Assembly: GCF_036321535.1 (NCBI RefSeq)
Contig: NC_087437.1
Location: 89,406,001 to 89,470,000 of the forward strand
Origin: Camelus dromedarius
Taxonomy: Eukaryota
DNA length: 64,000 bases
Reading direction: 5' to 3'
Shown piece after piece: positions 25,010 through 37,122 of the stretch. Under the pieces are notes generated by a model. It was not told the origin of the DNA. It did no database searches and worked only from the letters and a program-made list of their open reading frames with translations. The translations under genes and the position numbers were made by a program. Position 1 is the first letter of the stretch. Each line of letters begins with the position of its first letter.

Positions 25010-26454
25010 TATAAATGGAAAAACTCTTCTCTGTCCTCTCCTACATTTTACTTCTGACAAAATAATTGTGGCTTTTTCCAAACCAACCAATTCTCCAAAT
25101 CTTGATGGACACAGACTGAGCGTCCTCAATTCTGACACCTGCCATTTGGAGTTAGTGAAGACGCCACAGTTTAAGGGCCCAATACTGTAAGAATGCCCCA
25201 TGCCAACTTTTGACATTAGTCACAATTTTCAGGTTGTCATCTGTATTTCTGAGGAAGCAGTTATAAGCTGGAGGTGCCTATGAGTAGCTCCAGCTTCAAT
25301 AATTGGCTAGAATGGCTCACTGAACTCAGGAAAGCACTTTACTTGCTATTACTGTTGTACAACCAGGAATATCTTAAAGGATACAAATGAACAGGCAGAT
25401 AAAAAGACGCATTAGACAAGGTATGTGGTGCCAACTAAACACTGGCACTTGCCATCTGCCTCTACAAGGATTAAATCACCAGCCACTGTAGCCGCTGACC
25501 TTCAATGCACCCTGAAAAAAACACGAGTATTGTCAGAAAGGAGTCGAGGGTGGAGATCAGGAATCAGGCACCTTGTACTCCAGGAAAACTGGTAGAACAG
25601 GCCTTCAAATAGATATTTTCAGGAGAAGATTTTATGGGCCCAAATTCTTTCATCTCCTCACATCTAGAAAAGCAGTAAAACCATTAATGGTGACATCTGC
25701 TCCCCGTGACTAGCAGCAGCCTCTGCCTAGATGTGTGCTTGACTGCACGTGCCCCCTTCACTGAAATTATAGATAATCCTGGCCTTCCTCTCTGCCTCAC
25801 TGGAGCAGTTACTCAGAGCTACATGCAATGCTGTCTCCTGGGCTCTAGTCCTCACTTTGCCCCCAGTAAAACTTAACTCACAACTCTCTCGTGATTTTAT
25901 TTCAGTGGACAATAGGAGGGGGTGCTGTGTTTCTATACCCTCCCTGGGCAAGCCACCCTTGCAGCACCTCTATCTGTTCACCATCTTAGAAGCTCTCTAA
26001 ATCCCTTTGGTTCGGGTTTTACGGAGGCTTCATTACATAGGCATAACTGATTAAATCACTGTCCATTAGTGATCGACTCCACCTCCAGCCACTCTCCCCT
26101 CCCTGGAGGTTGTGGGTTGGGGCTGAAAGTTCCAGTGCCCTGATAACACTGTTTGGATCTGCTGGCCATCAGTCCCACATACTCAGGGGTTTTCCAAGTG
26201 TCACCTCATTAACATAAATCAGGTGTCTTTCACAGGGATTTGTTATGAATAACAAAAGATGCTCATTTCATCTCTGTTGCTCTGGAGCTGTTTCAGGAAC
26301 TGGGGACAAAAACCAAATATAATGACAAAAGATACTCCTCTTGCTCCTAGGAAATCATACTTAGCAACCATTTAGGAAGTTACAAGGGTTTTACGAACTC
26401 TGGCCAGGAACCTGGGCAAAGAAAGAAACTATATATACTTGTTACTATACAACA
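25010..26454 (-). mobile_element. MER21-like LTR interrupted by a nested LTR
   Basis: ctagaatggctcactgaactcaggaaagcactttac, ggaggcttcattacataggcataactgattaaatca, ggggctgaaagttcca, ccaggaacctgggcaaaga match reverse-strand MER21. Confidence 0.88.
25424..25911 (+). mobile_element. Younger solo LTR (ERV1-like) nested in MER21
   Basis: tgtggtgcc...ttcagtggaca; agtaaa variant polyA signal near 25865; MER21 sequence resumes on both sides. Confidence 0.82.
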
Positions 26455-26964
26455 GTTTTACAGTAGAAAAAAATCCAAGCGACTCAATGATCAGTCTGAA
26501 GAAGAGTCGATAAATTAAAGAGGTTTGTTTTGTTTTGTTTCATTTTTTTTTTAAAGATTGAAGACTATAGAAGTGTTTGATCTCAATTCTTGAGGATAAG
26601 GCTCTTTAAAATATTTCATTTATCTTCTGAAATAAACATAGTACTTGAGTTAATTTTTTTTTAGGTAGTTATTTGTAATGCCTATTATTTCTTCATCATC
26701 CTAATTCATCTGTAAATAATTTTAAGTTTTGTTATTCACAAAAGATAAAACAAACAAACAAACAAAACAGTGGTAGAAGTTTGGTTTGAAGAGAAGCTGA
26801 AAGCATCTCCACACAGTGACGTGTGTGTGGCAGAGTGCACGTGAAGAAGGCTGTGAGGCAGCCTGCCCCTCCTCCCTGAGACCTGTATTATGAGGTGCGG
26901 GGAGGTCCCTCAGTCAGCCTTCAACAGATGTTAACAAAAAATAAAGGAAGTTACAGAGAAGCCA

Positions 26965-27245
26965 CTTCCATACCTTCCCTCTTCCTGTTTCTGCCTCACT
27001 TATATCCCCTTGCTCTTTCTTCTCCCTTATTTTTTGCTTCTTACTCATCACGCTCCACCTTGTTTTTTCTCTTTCTTATATCATCACCCTTCCACCTGTT
27101 TTCTCTCTTCTCTTCTGTCCTTCCTACTTTTCCTCTTCCTTCTTTTGCTTTTCCTTTCTTAAGTCTCTTTGTTTCCCCAACCTAGATTTTCTCCTTTCTC
27201 ATTTTTTTTCCATTAAGAACATTGTCTTTTTTCATTTATTCCTTC
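26965..27245. repeat. Low-complexity polypyrimidine (CT-rich) tract
   Basis: ~280 bp strongly dominated by C and T on the + strand. Confidence 0.8.
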
Positions 27246-27957
27246 TAGGACACTGCTGGCCACCTTCCACAAAGAAAGGGCATCCTCTGCTTTTTCAGCC
27301 TGCTGTGTTGTGAGTTACCTCCCCTTTGGATGTTTTCTGTGTTCACCTTTTTAAAGCCTGCATTTTCAACAATGGGTGGTTGGTTTTAAATCATGTGACT
27401 CTGCTTTGAGATACTCATCAGTAGGTGGAAGAACACTAAACTGTTAAGACCTGGCTTATGACTTATTACTGAGATTCAGCTTAAGGGAAATGCAATACAA
27501 GTGGCAGTGTCAGAACATTAATAGTGTTATTTGCATTTTCCTGAGAATGCAAGGACATTTGGGACTATGATTCCTCTAGAGTGATCATCTGTAACTATTA
27601 TATTAATTCTACTTTTTTTACAACTCAATTTCTGACAATAATTTGCATCCTTGAAACACATTCTTTGCCATTAATAGTCCTACCTACATTTTAACCCACA
27701 GTGCAAAATTGGCAGCTATAAATTTACTCAGTCTGTTCAGAAAGTGACCAAACAAAACAGTGCCTTAATGATCACTGAAACATTAAACAACACAAAAAGT
27801 GCACTGACATGCAATAAAATATCCTACACCCTTCTTCAAAAATCTTGTGAAAAACTTAAAATGCACTTTTTGCATTCTATTGGTAAAAACAAGTCTTTTT
27901 AATGTTACTTAAGAAAAAGACACCAAGAAGGAATTCACTTAAAAGAAACAAAATGGG

Positions 27958-28042
27958 ATAACTGAAAAATTGTGCTCTACACTGGAATTTGACACAACAT
28001 TGTAAAATGACTATAACTCAATTAAAAAATGTTAAAAAAAAT
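27958..28042 (+). mobile_element. Extreme 3' tip (~85 bp) of a young LINE-1
   Basis: ataactgaaaaattgtgctctacactggaatttgacacaacattgtaaaatgactataactcaattaaaaaatgttaaaaaaa; homologous to the tail of the 23.7-24.1 kb copy. Confidence 0.85.
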
Positions 28043-28054
28043 AATTATAACAGC

Positions 28055-28415
28055 TAAGTTCATAGGTACAGAGAAGAGATTAGTAGTTGTCAAAGTCGAG
28101 AGCTGGTGAAATGGGTGAATGGGGTCAAGAGTTACAGACTTCCAGTTATGAAATAAGTAACTTGTGAGGATGTAGTGTACAATATGGTGACTATAGTTAA
28201 CAATAATATATTGCATATTTGAAAGTGGTTAAGAGAATGAATCTTAAAAATTCTCATCACAAGAAAAAAACTGTTGTAACTATACATGGTGACAGATGTT
28301 AACTAGACTTAACTGTGGTGATCATTTTTCAGTGCATACAAACATCAAATCATTATATTGTACACCTAAAACTGATATAATAGTATATGTCAATTATACC
28401 TAAATAAAAAATAAA
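28055..28415 (+). mobile_element. LINE-1 3' UTR (L1MA-like)
   Basis: tacagacttccagttatgaaataagt, ggtgactatagttaacaataatatattgcatatttgaaag, tgtacacctaaaactgatataat, aataaa tail. Confidence 0.9.
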
Positions 28416-29130
28416 AATTGCTGTAAAAATTTAAAAAAGACAGAAAGAAAGAAAATGTATTTTTTCCTCAATGTATGGTTTAAACTTGTGTTATTAAAAT
28501 GTGGCATGTTTTGTTCTATGTTTGGTTATTTTTATTTTAGAACTTCTTTACCTAAGCCAATCAAGAAATAGGATTCCCCACCACCACCACCCAATTCTTT
28601 CATTATAAAAACAGAACATGTGAAATTAGAGGGGGGAAAAAAAAAGAAGTTTGGTAAAGTATTTTAACTTCTTTCAGGGTTATTTCAGTCCAAGCTTTGG
28701 GCAGAGATTCAGGCCAGTTCTTATTTTATCCAAACTAGTGCATTTCTAATCATAATGCTAGCAACCAGCTGTGTTGATTCACTTGTATCTAGTACATGCT
28801 TTTATTGTGCTGCAGAGGAGAAGAAGTTTACTTCATTTTGTGCTCAGGCAAGGGTATTTTTCATCAAAAACAATGTAAGTCCGTCTCAGATTATTGCCGT
28901 GTTCCACATGACAGTTGTGAATGAATACACAAATTTATGTCTTTCAGGCTAGTCTATGACTGATTAAAAAATTTTTTTGACTTTCTCAGATATGAAAATG
29001 GACATATTTAATATTTATAACATAATCATTCATAATACAGAGTTTGCCACTATATAAAAATCATTCTCTGGTTACTGGAATACGCTGAATAATGCCTCAA
29101 ACAACATTTATTGTTAATATAAAGTTGTCT

Positions 29131-29639
29131 TCATGCCCAAATATGGGCCCCCATCCCTGAGGAGCCAAGTAACTCACAGACAGGGTCTTGAGCTTAGAAG
29201 AAAAGAGGCAGCTTTGTTACTTTTCCAGGCAAGGGATGGGGCAGGGTGATTATATAGCCCGTAGCTTAAACAATAAACAATCATCAGATTCATAAAACTT
29301 AGAGTGGCGTCATGATGCCTTCCAGTGACCAATTCTATAGAGGTTGTCACTTTTTTGGTCTTGTAAGCACCCAAGGCCTGGTCTTCTTGGTATTTAGCCT
29401 ACTTTGTAAGGTTACAGTTCTCTGACCTTCTCCCTGGAGATGGACTCAGAGACCAAGCATGATTACAGCTTTTGATTACTGAAATAAAGTAGAAACAGTA
29501 AGATCAATAGCCTTAGTTTTAACAATGGGCCTGGAACTGTGGGGAGCAACCGGTCAGTCAGGTCAGTTGACCGTTTTAAGGGCAAGCTTAAGAATAAGCA
29601 ATCTGTCAGCCTAAGTGCGGCCATTTTGTTAGTCCTTCA
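29131..29639 (-). mobile_element. Solo LTR, same family as 24138-24724, inverted, with perfect 4-bp TSD
   Basis: Reverse complement shares aaaatggccgcacttaggct and ctgacctgactgaccggttgct with the 24 kb LTR; TSD gtct at 29127-29130 and 29640-29643. Confidence 0.92.
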
Positions 29640-29957
29640 GTCTGTCCTGTTATTTTTTATGTACATTCAAGAAAAGGTAATATAAATGTGAGGATTAACA
29701 ATGCCCCTATATATCATATTTTTCACATACATAAACACAAACACACATTATTCAGCGTTAGTTTAGTATCAATTTGTTTCTACATTATGAAGGAAGTCAC
29801 TTTTAAATTCACTTCAGAAATAAACTAAGGTGACTTTGATTCATTTAAAAAGAAACACAATATAGTGAGCATGGCAACTGCCAATATCTTAGAATATTTT
29901 TTATCAGCATGTTACTTTAAGACAGTTTTTTAAAAAAAATATATATGGCCATGAACA

Positions 29958-30850
29958 GGCACATGAAAAGTGCTCAATATCACTAATTATCAGAGAAATG
30001 CAAATCTAACTACAATGAGATATCACCTCACACCAGTCAGGATGGCCATCATTAAAAAGTCTACAAATGATAAATGCTGGAGAGGGTGTGGAGAAAAATG
30101 AACCCGTCTACTACACTGTTGGTGGGAATGTAATTTGGTGCAGCCACTATGGAAAACAGTATAGAGATTCCTTACAAAACTAAAAATAGAGTTGCCATAT
30201 GATCATCAATCCCATTCTGGGGCATATTTCCAGAGGAAACTCTAATTTGAAGAAATACATGCACTCCAATGTTCATAGCAGTACTACTTACAATAGCCAA
30301 GACACAGAAACAACCCAAATGTCCATTGACAGATAACTGGCTAAGGAAGATGTGGTTATATGTATACAATGGAATACTAGTCAGCCATAAAAAAGAATAA
30401 AATAATGTTGTTTGCAGCAACATGGATGGACTTGGAGACTGTCATAGTGAGTGAAGTAAGCCAGAAAGAGAAAGAAACATACCATATGGTATCACTTATA
30501 TGTGGAATCTTAAACAAACAAACAAACAAAAAGACACAAATGAACTTATTTACAAAACTGAAACAGATTTACAGACATAGAAAACAAATTTATGGTTACT
30601 AAAGGGGAAGGTGGGGAGAGGGATAAATAAGGAGTTTGAGATTAGCAGATACAAACTACCATATATAAAACAGATAAACAAGGTCCTACTCTATAGCACA
30701 AGCAATGATATTCAATATCTTATTATAACCCATAATGAAAAAGAAGATATATACCTATATATCTATATCTCTCTCTATATAACTGAATCACTTTGCTACA
30801 CCAGAAACTAACACAATATTTCTTCAACTATATGTCAGTAAATAAATATA
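29958..30850 (+). mobile_element. 5'-truncated LINE-1 (ORF2 Cys-rich C-terminus plus 3' UTR) with 15-bp TSD
   Basis: Degenerate [35 protein letters not shown] atatggccatg(a/g)aca at 29943-29957 and 30854-30868. Confidence 0.96.
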
Positions 30851-33800
30851 TACATATGGCCATGGACAAATTATCTGCTAAATTAAGTGCTTGATATAAA
30901 AATAATATGTAATCCTAACTCTAATTAGATTCTAATTAAATGTAATAAAATTATATTGCATTTTTTCAGGTACTCCAAAACTGAAAATCAGGTAAAACAT
31001 ATCTAATAATAAATGCAAATATGGACAGGATTCCCATGATCTGATGTAAACAATGTGGAAAACATATTAAGTTAGAATGTATAATTTGTAGTAATTCAAA
31101 AAGTCTTCTACATTATATTTGTAAATAAAAAAGTTAATTTATCTTGATATATAAAGGTAAACTCAACAAAATATTTCAGTGTTCCTCTGAAATTATTTTG
31201 TTTGAAGACATTCCTGAAACACTGAGAACCTACATTTTTTATAAGGAAAGCATGCATGCTTGATTGATAAGCAAATGATACATATTGTAATAATGCATAG
31301 TGCAGCATTTGAATATCAAAAAAACAGTTTCTACAGGTTGTGATCAGGACTCTGAAACTGAGAAGAGCACAAAATAAAAAAGAGGAAAACAATGTATCCA
31401 TCCTGTTACTAAATAGTGAACTCATGCCCCAATAAAAATAGTCTCATTTTTATAAGTATCATCCCATTAAATGAATCAATTTGAAGAGAACAGTTTTATC
31501 AGTCCATGTATATAAATCCAGTTCCCTTTCTCTCATTTTTCCTTAAGTCTCTGTCCTAGAATTTGTGGTCAGTGAAGGGCAATTCCAGTAGGTGGAGTAA
31601 TAGTAAAGCAAATACTCTATGTAACTCTATAACTTTCTGCTTCTCTTGTCACTTTGGGCAGAAATTAGCATAAATCAGATGGGGTTAATATAGAACAGAA
31701 GTAAAAAGCGTAAGTACAGATAAACGCATTGATTTACAGAGTAAATGTATTGCTGTAGAACAAAAACATACTCCCTTTAGTCTTCAGTTTTCTCTATATT
31801 TTTCCTTTTCACTTTCAAAAGTTACCCAGAGAACTTGTATTTAATACAAAAGCCTGCTTATTATCAGCCACATCAAATTTGACAGAGAGCTCCTGAGTTA
31901 TGTACTAGGGGAAATCAGAGAGGACAGACTCAGGCAAATTCAACATTGGTATTCGGGGCATTTGAGATTTCAGAGAGAGAGCTTTCAAATAAGGTCATGG
32001 CCCTCCCAACCCATGCTGGGTTAGCCTGGTCAGAGCCTTCACTGTCCTGTGCAGAAGCATGACAGAGATCTTTGCAAGCAATGAGAGGAAAAGAGAGATG
32101 ACAGGGATGGATGCTCTCCGTGCATCTGTCTCTACCCAGGGATGATACTGAGCTTTCACTAGCAAAAGTTTATCTACTAAACAGGAATATGTTATCTACA
32201 AATATCTATATGTAATGGAAGATAAATAAATTTAATTTATTCTATCTCCAGATCTCTATCTATATATATAAAACTAGAGAAAAAAATCAATGTTTGTATT
32301 TTATCACCATCTTTTATCATTCGTAACAGAACTCTCCCTTCCTCCCAGACTCTGGTCATAAAATCTTGGGAACAGCCCCACTTGAACAAGTGAAAACATG
32401 CTAAGTGTCCAAGAGAAGGCCCTGGGATTGCTCTCTGAATGGACAGCAGTTTGTAGATGTCCCTTCTGAGTGCTTTTGTCACTTGTGGATTCATTTAGAG
32501 ATTATGTCAGGATGCCAGGATAATCTAGTTTAGAATCATGGAGATCTTCGGTCTACCTTGTTTTTATGCTTTCCCTTTGGCTTGTCAAGCAGAGTATGTT
32601 AACCGATGCCCTGAAGTCTAGGTAACATGTACTACTGTAGTGACATACAGAAACATACAGTGTCTTCAGTGTTTTCCTTATGTTCAAAGTACTACAAATG
32701 AAGAATGAATTAAAAACAACTGAAATAAGACACATTTCCTTAGTCTGAAACTGGCTTCTTTTTGCTATAGCTAATGTTGTCTCATCAACTGAATAGATAC
32801 TATTTTATCAAAATGAATGAGAAAATATTAATATAAGCCATGAATTCCACAGTCTACTACATTACTTCTTATCAAATATTTCTCTTTAGGATAGTTTAAC
32901 ATTATAATTATGCACCATCACAAAAATTTTTTAAATCAATATGACTACTAAAGTTACTCAAATAAAATACAAATGTTTAAATTCATTCTCTCATCTATAT
33001 TCTGTATATGTATTTAGTTTCACTAATTTAGGAAAAATGTATAGACTGTGATTTGCACACTTCTATATTCTATTTGAATTTATCTTAGAATCATTAGATA
33101 ACTGAGCATAAAATTCCAAAATTCTGAAAGTACCTCATAATAGCAATTTTCATTAGCATAATTAAACAGCATAGAAATTAATAAAAAAATTAAGATCTAA
33201 ACAAAAGTGAATCTTTAATCAAGACTAATCTTGACTCTTCTTACAATTGTTAAACAGAGCGAGAAAAATCAGTATGCTCATGTAAATATTTTCCACCTAA
33301 TAATCAACCTAATCTCTTGGTTATTTCTCTTGTCCATATAATTCCATGTCCCTCACAAGTAGATAACCATTTTTTTTGTAGCAGAGCTACAGAATCCCAG
33401 AGGACACATTGATATTTTTCCTTCATTTTGAGGGGATAAAAAAATTAATAAGTCACTCCCAGAAGGATAAAAGTATCTTATCAGGGAATAGTCAATCAAC
33501 CAAAGGAAACACATTTTATTAGAATATGTCATGTTGGTGGGAACACTCCCTGCCTCTGATACTGCATTTGCATATGAAGACACCTGCGTTAGAACACCTC
33601 TCCTTGTTACGCTCCTCATGCTTAATTTCTCTTTTGACTGGTTATCACACCGGTAGGTAAGAAGATGCAGTTATTTACTATCTGGGTCATATTTCTTGAC
33701 TTTGTAGAATTGAAGCATTGAGAGGTTTAATTTCTAAGCTTTTGCTTTATTTTTCCCACCTTGACCAGTGAGAGGCAGCTATCTTGAAAAAACTCAAGTT

Positions 33801-34739
33801 GCTTTGTAAACACAGAGTTTCCTGGGAGGGGTGGTTCCAAGGCATCTACATGTATAGGAAAAAGGGGGCGATGTGGGAGAAGGAAAGAATAATAATCAAC
33901 CTCTTTTAGATACAAATCTAGACAATTTTTCTATGCTTTTTTTTCTGTAACAATTTTTATATCCATCTGTGCTCTATCTTATTTTTCAATTTGTTTCTAA
34001 TTCAGGAGGGAAAGAGAGGAGTGCTATATATGGACACCCTCAATCCCCAAGATAGGTATGACATTCTGAGAACCTGTCAGGTGAATACTATTAAATGTTA
34101 AATACGGTGCCAACTTTGAGATACCTTACAACTTATCTGAGAAGAGGGTATCCTATCAATTTCATATGATACCATATTATTTTGTACAATTAGTAATGTC
34201 TTCTAAAATCTCCTATAACCAGAAGACAGTCATAAAATAATAATACAATCTGTTGAGAATGTGATAATTTGTACCTTAATGAAGGAGCTGTTCAGAAGTT
34301 TGGGCCTCCAAATTAGGCCTCTGTAATGTTTACATAACATGTTGGATATTTCCTAATAACTTTTAGTCACTAGAGTGTGAAAGGACCACTGATATTTAAG
34401 TGTAAACAAAGAGTTCCTTTTTTTCAATAAATATTGTCTTGAAGCTTCCTATACATGAAGCTTCAGTTTACAACAATGTGTCAACGAAGTCATAGATAAC
34501 ATGTTCTTTAAGATTATATCAACTGGTATTGTCAGGATGATACTTTCAACACAATTAAAAGCACTTTTTAAAAATAACTAGGTCAAACTTCTGTAACGTT
34601 TTTTACTTCAAACTGATATGAAATACAATTACTGTATAATCTCCCTTAAAGAAAAATATGTAGTTCTCATTACTTTCATAATCTTCATTTAAAGACTATA
34701 TCAGTAATCTTGAATCAGAGGTAAAAATTATCACAAGGA

Positions 34740-34958
34740 TTAGGATTAACAGACACCCATTACTATATATAAAATAAACAATATGGGCTTACTCTATAGC
34801 ACAGGGAACGATATTCAATTTCTTGTAATGAGCTGTAATGGAAAAGAATCTGAAATATATATATGTATGTATATGATAATAGAAGTGCTTTGCCTTACAC
34901 ATGAAACTAACATTGTAAATCGACTACACTTCAGTATAAAATAAGAATTTAAAAAAAC
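34740..34958 (+). mobile_element. Short LINE-1 3' end
   Basis: tactctatagcacagggaacgatattcaatttcttgtaat...aactaacattgtaaatcgactacacttcagt plus an A-rich tail. Confidence 0.88.
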
Positions 34959-35519
34959 ACAGGAAAAATAATTTGGCCGTATGGCCCTATTAATGTGTGA
35001 AGGCACAAAACCCAGAAGAATCGGCTTAACAATAAAGCAAAAAAAACTATGTTCATAAATTAAGTCTATATGCAGGCTATTGTTCAAGGACAGAAAGCAG
35101 ACTTTTTCCATGAAAATGTAAAAGATTAATGGATTTGTGGACAGAAATGAATTTTTAGAGACTCACCTCTTAATCTCTCTGACATACGGACACAGACATG
35201 TATGACTTTAAAGGCATAACATGATTTAAAATAGAATATTACATATGGCACATTGTGACTTGAAAATGATGTTTCTAGTATGAATATAATATTAGCACAA
35301 AGAAGGTACATCCCAGAGAAGGCAAAAATCATTATGCGGTAAGTTCTATCTTATCTAGATGGCAAAAGAGGTCATGTCAGTCATGAAGGACAATTCCAAA
35401 CTATTGCAGCTGAGCAGAATTCCATTATAAATCACCTCAATAGAACATCTCAATATCCATAGACTCAATTTTACAAAGTCACCAAATCATGACCTCATTT
35501 TGATAGTGATATACACCGT

Positions 35520-35662
35520 GACTGTTGATCTGGTTTCATTACTAACTAGTTGTGCACCTGCAGATCCACACTCCCCCCTTTTGAGGATTATGCTCTCCAT
35601 CTATAAAATACAAGGATTAAAATAGATGATCTTTAAAGGCCCCTGTAGAGTGCAGATTCTGT
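35520..35662 (+). mobile_element. MIR-family fragment
   Basis: actaactagttgtg...ctccatctataaaata...gatgatctttaaaggccc...attctgtg. Confidence 0.65.
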
Positions 35663-36074
35663 GTTTGTTTCCCTAAAAATGCAGAGAGAATGTACCAAGA
35701 ATATTATTCTCGCTTCTCAGTGTCAGTACTCTTGAATGAGACTATTTTGCATTTTTTAAGTGATGAATAAAAGAATATCAGGTTCAGTTTCGCTAGATGC
35801 ATCAATTCCCTAGGAATGTGAGTGGATTCTTCACCTGCGCAGGGAAGAGTCACTCATCACTGATTTACTTATTATAAAGGCAATGTTTCTTGATGTTTGG
35901 GAGCCTTCCAATTCAGTTCTCCATGAATGACTAGTTTCCATCACACACACATTACATACTAAAAATATGGGTATATAATAAAGTGCCATTAACATTCCCG
36001 ATAGTTATAACTCAACAACAGATAGTCTCAAACCATTAAATGTTTTAAATTAGAAAAGTTTTCTGTTCATGAAG

Positions 36075-36283
36075 TAGGGTTTCCCAACCTCAGCACTATC
36101 CGCATTTTGGACTGGATAATTCTTTGGTGTGGAAGCTGTTCTGTGCATCATAGGATGCGTAGCAACATACTTGGCTTCTAGCTGCTGGTATCAACTTCTC
36201 TCAACACACTGCAACAACCAACAGCATCTCCTACGGGGAAAACATCTCCTAGGGGTCCAGTGGCCCCTGACTGAGAACCATGG
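36075..36283 (+). mobile_element. MER20 hAT-Charlie MITE
   Basis: gggtttcccaacctcagcactat...ttttggactggataattcttt...gtgcatcataggatg...ctgagaacca. Confidence 0.88.
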
Positions 36284-36487
36284 GTGCACTGCAATGCTAG
36301 ATATGTATGCACACTCTCAGGAAAGAGCAGAAGTTCTCCAAATTCTGATTTTAATGCTCCAGGATTAATTGTTTCATTTGGGTTTAAGCATTTATTATTA
36401 CATCTAGTGTGGACTTCTAGACATATACAAGTCAAGAAACAAAGACTATTTTAGCCTCGTTTTTCCTAAACCTTAAAATTATAGTGA

Positions 36488-36936
36488 ACCTATACAGACA
36501 GTTCATAAAGGCCAAGATACCAATACAATTTAAATGTCCTCTGAGGGATGAATGGAAAGAAAAACTGTACCTTACAGACACAATGGAATCATATTCAGCC
36601 ATAAAAAAGGGAAATCCTGACATTTGTGATGATATGGATGAAACCAGAGCACATTATGCTAAGTAAGACAAGCTAAACAGAGAAAGACAAACACTAAGTA
36701 TGGCATCACTTACATGTGAATTAAGTTTAAAAAAAAAAAGTCAAGTAATGGAAACTAAGAATAGAATGACTGCAGGGGGAGAGAGAGGGAGAAATGGGGA
36801 GAGGTAGGTTAAAGGGTACTATCCTTCAGTTCTAAGAATAATTAGTTCTGAGGATCTAATAAATAGCTTGGGAGCTATAGTTCATAATATGGCATACTTG
36901 AGAGCTGCTGAGAATAAACCTTAAGTGTTCCCAACA

Positions 36937-36982
<46 letters not shown>

Positions 36983-37122
36983 AAAGTTAACTCTGTGAGC
37001 TGATGGATATGTTAATCACCTTGAACAGGGTAATCATTCCACAATGTATATGTATAGCAAATCGTCACATTGTACACTTTAAATGTATACAATTATATCT
37101 GTCAATTATTACTCAATAAAGT
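36488..37122 (+). mobile_element. LINE-1 3' end (L1MA-like)
   Basis: caatggaatcatattcagccataaaaaagggaaatcctg, gatggatatgttaat, cattgtacactttaaat, actcaataaag. Confidence 0.9.
36938..36979. repeat. (AC)21 microsatellite
   Basis: Perfect dinucleotide run inside the L1 3' UTR. Confidence 0.97.

Noticed and set aside
26895..27185. Hydrophobic F/L/S/P-rich ORF resembling a membrane peptide
   Set aside because: By-product of the CT-rich low-complexity tract
24138..29639. Provirus bounded by two LTRs
   Set aside because: The LTRs are inverted, each has its own TSD, and there is no PBS or gag/pol/env between them
30970..30991. 22-nt plus-strand microexon (ttttttcag|...cag|gtaaaa)
   Set aside because: Not frame-preserving, weak donor, expected by chance
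33560..33580. Octamer atttgcat (also atgcaaat near 37863) as a regulatory site
   Set aside because: A few 8-mer matches are expected in 64 kb of AT-rich DNA and there is no supporting context
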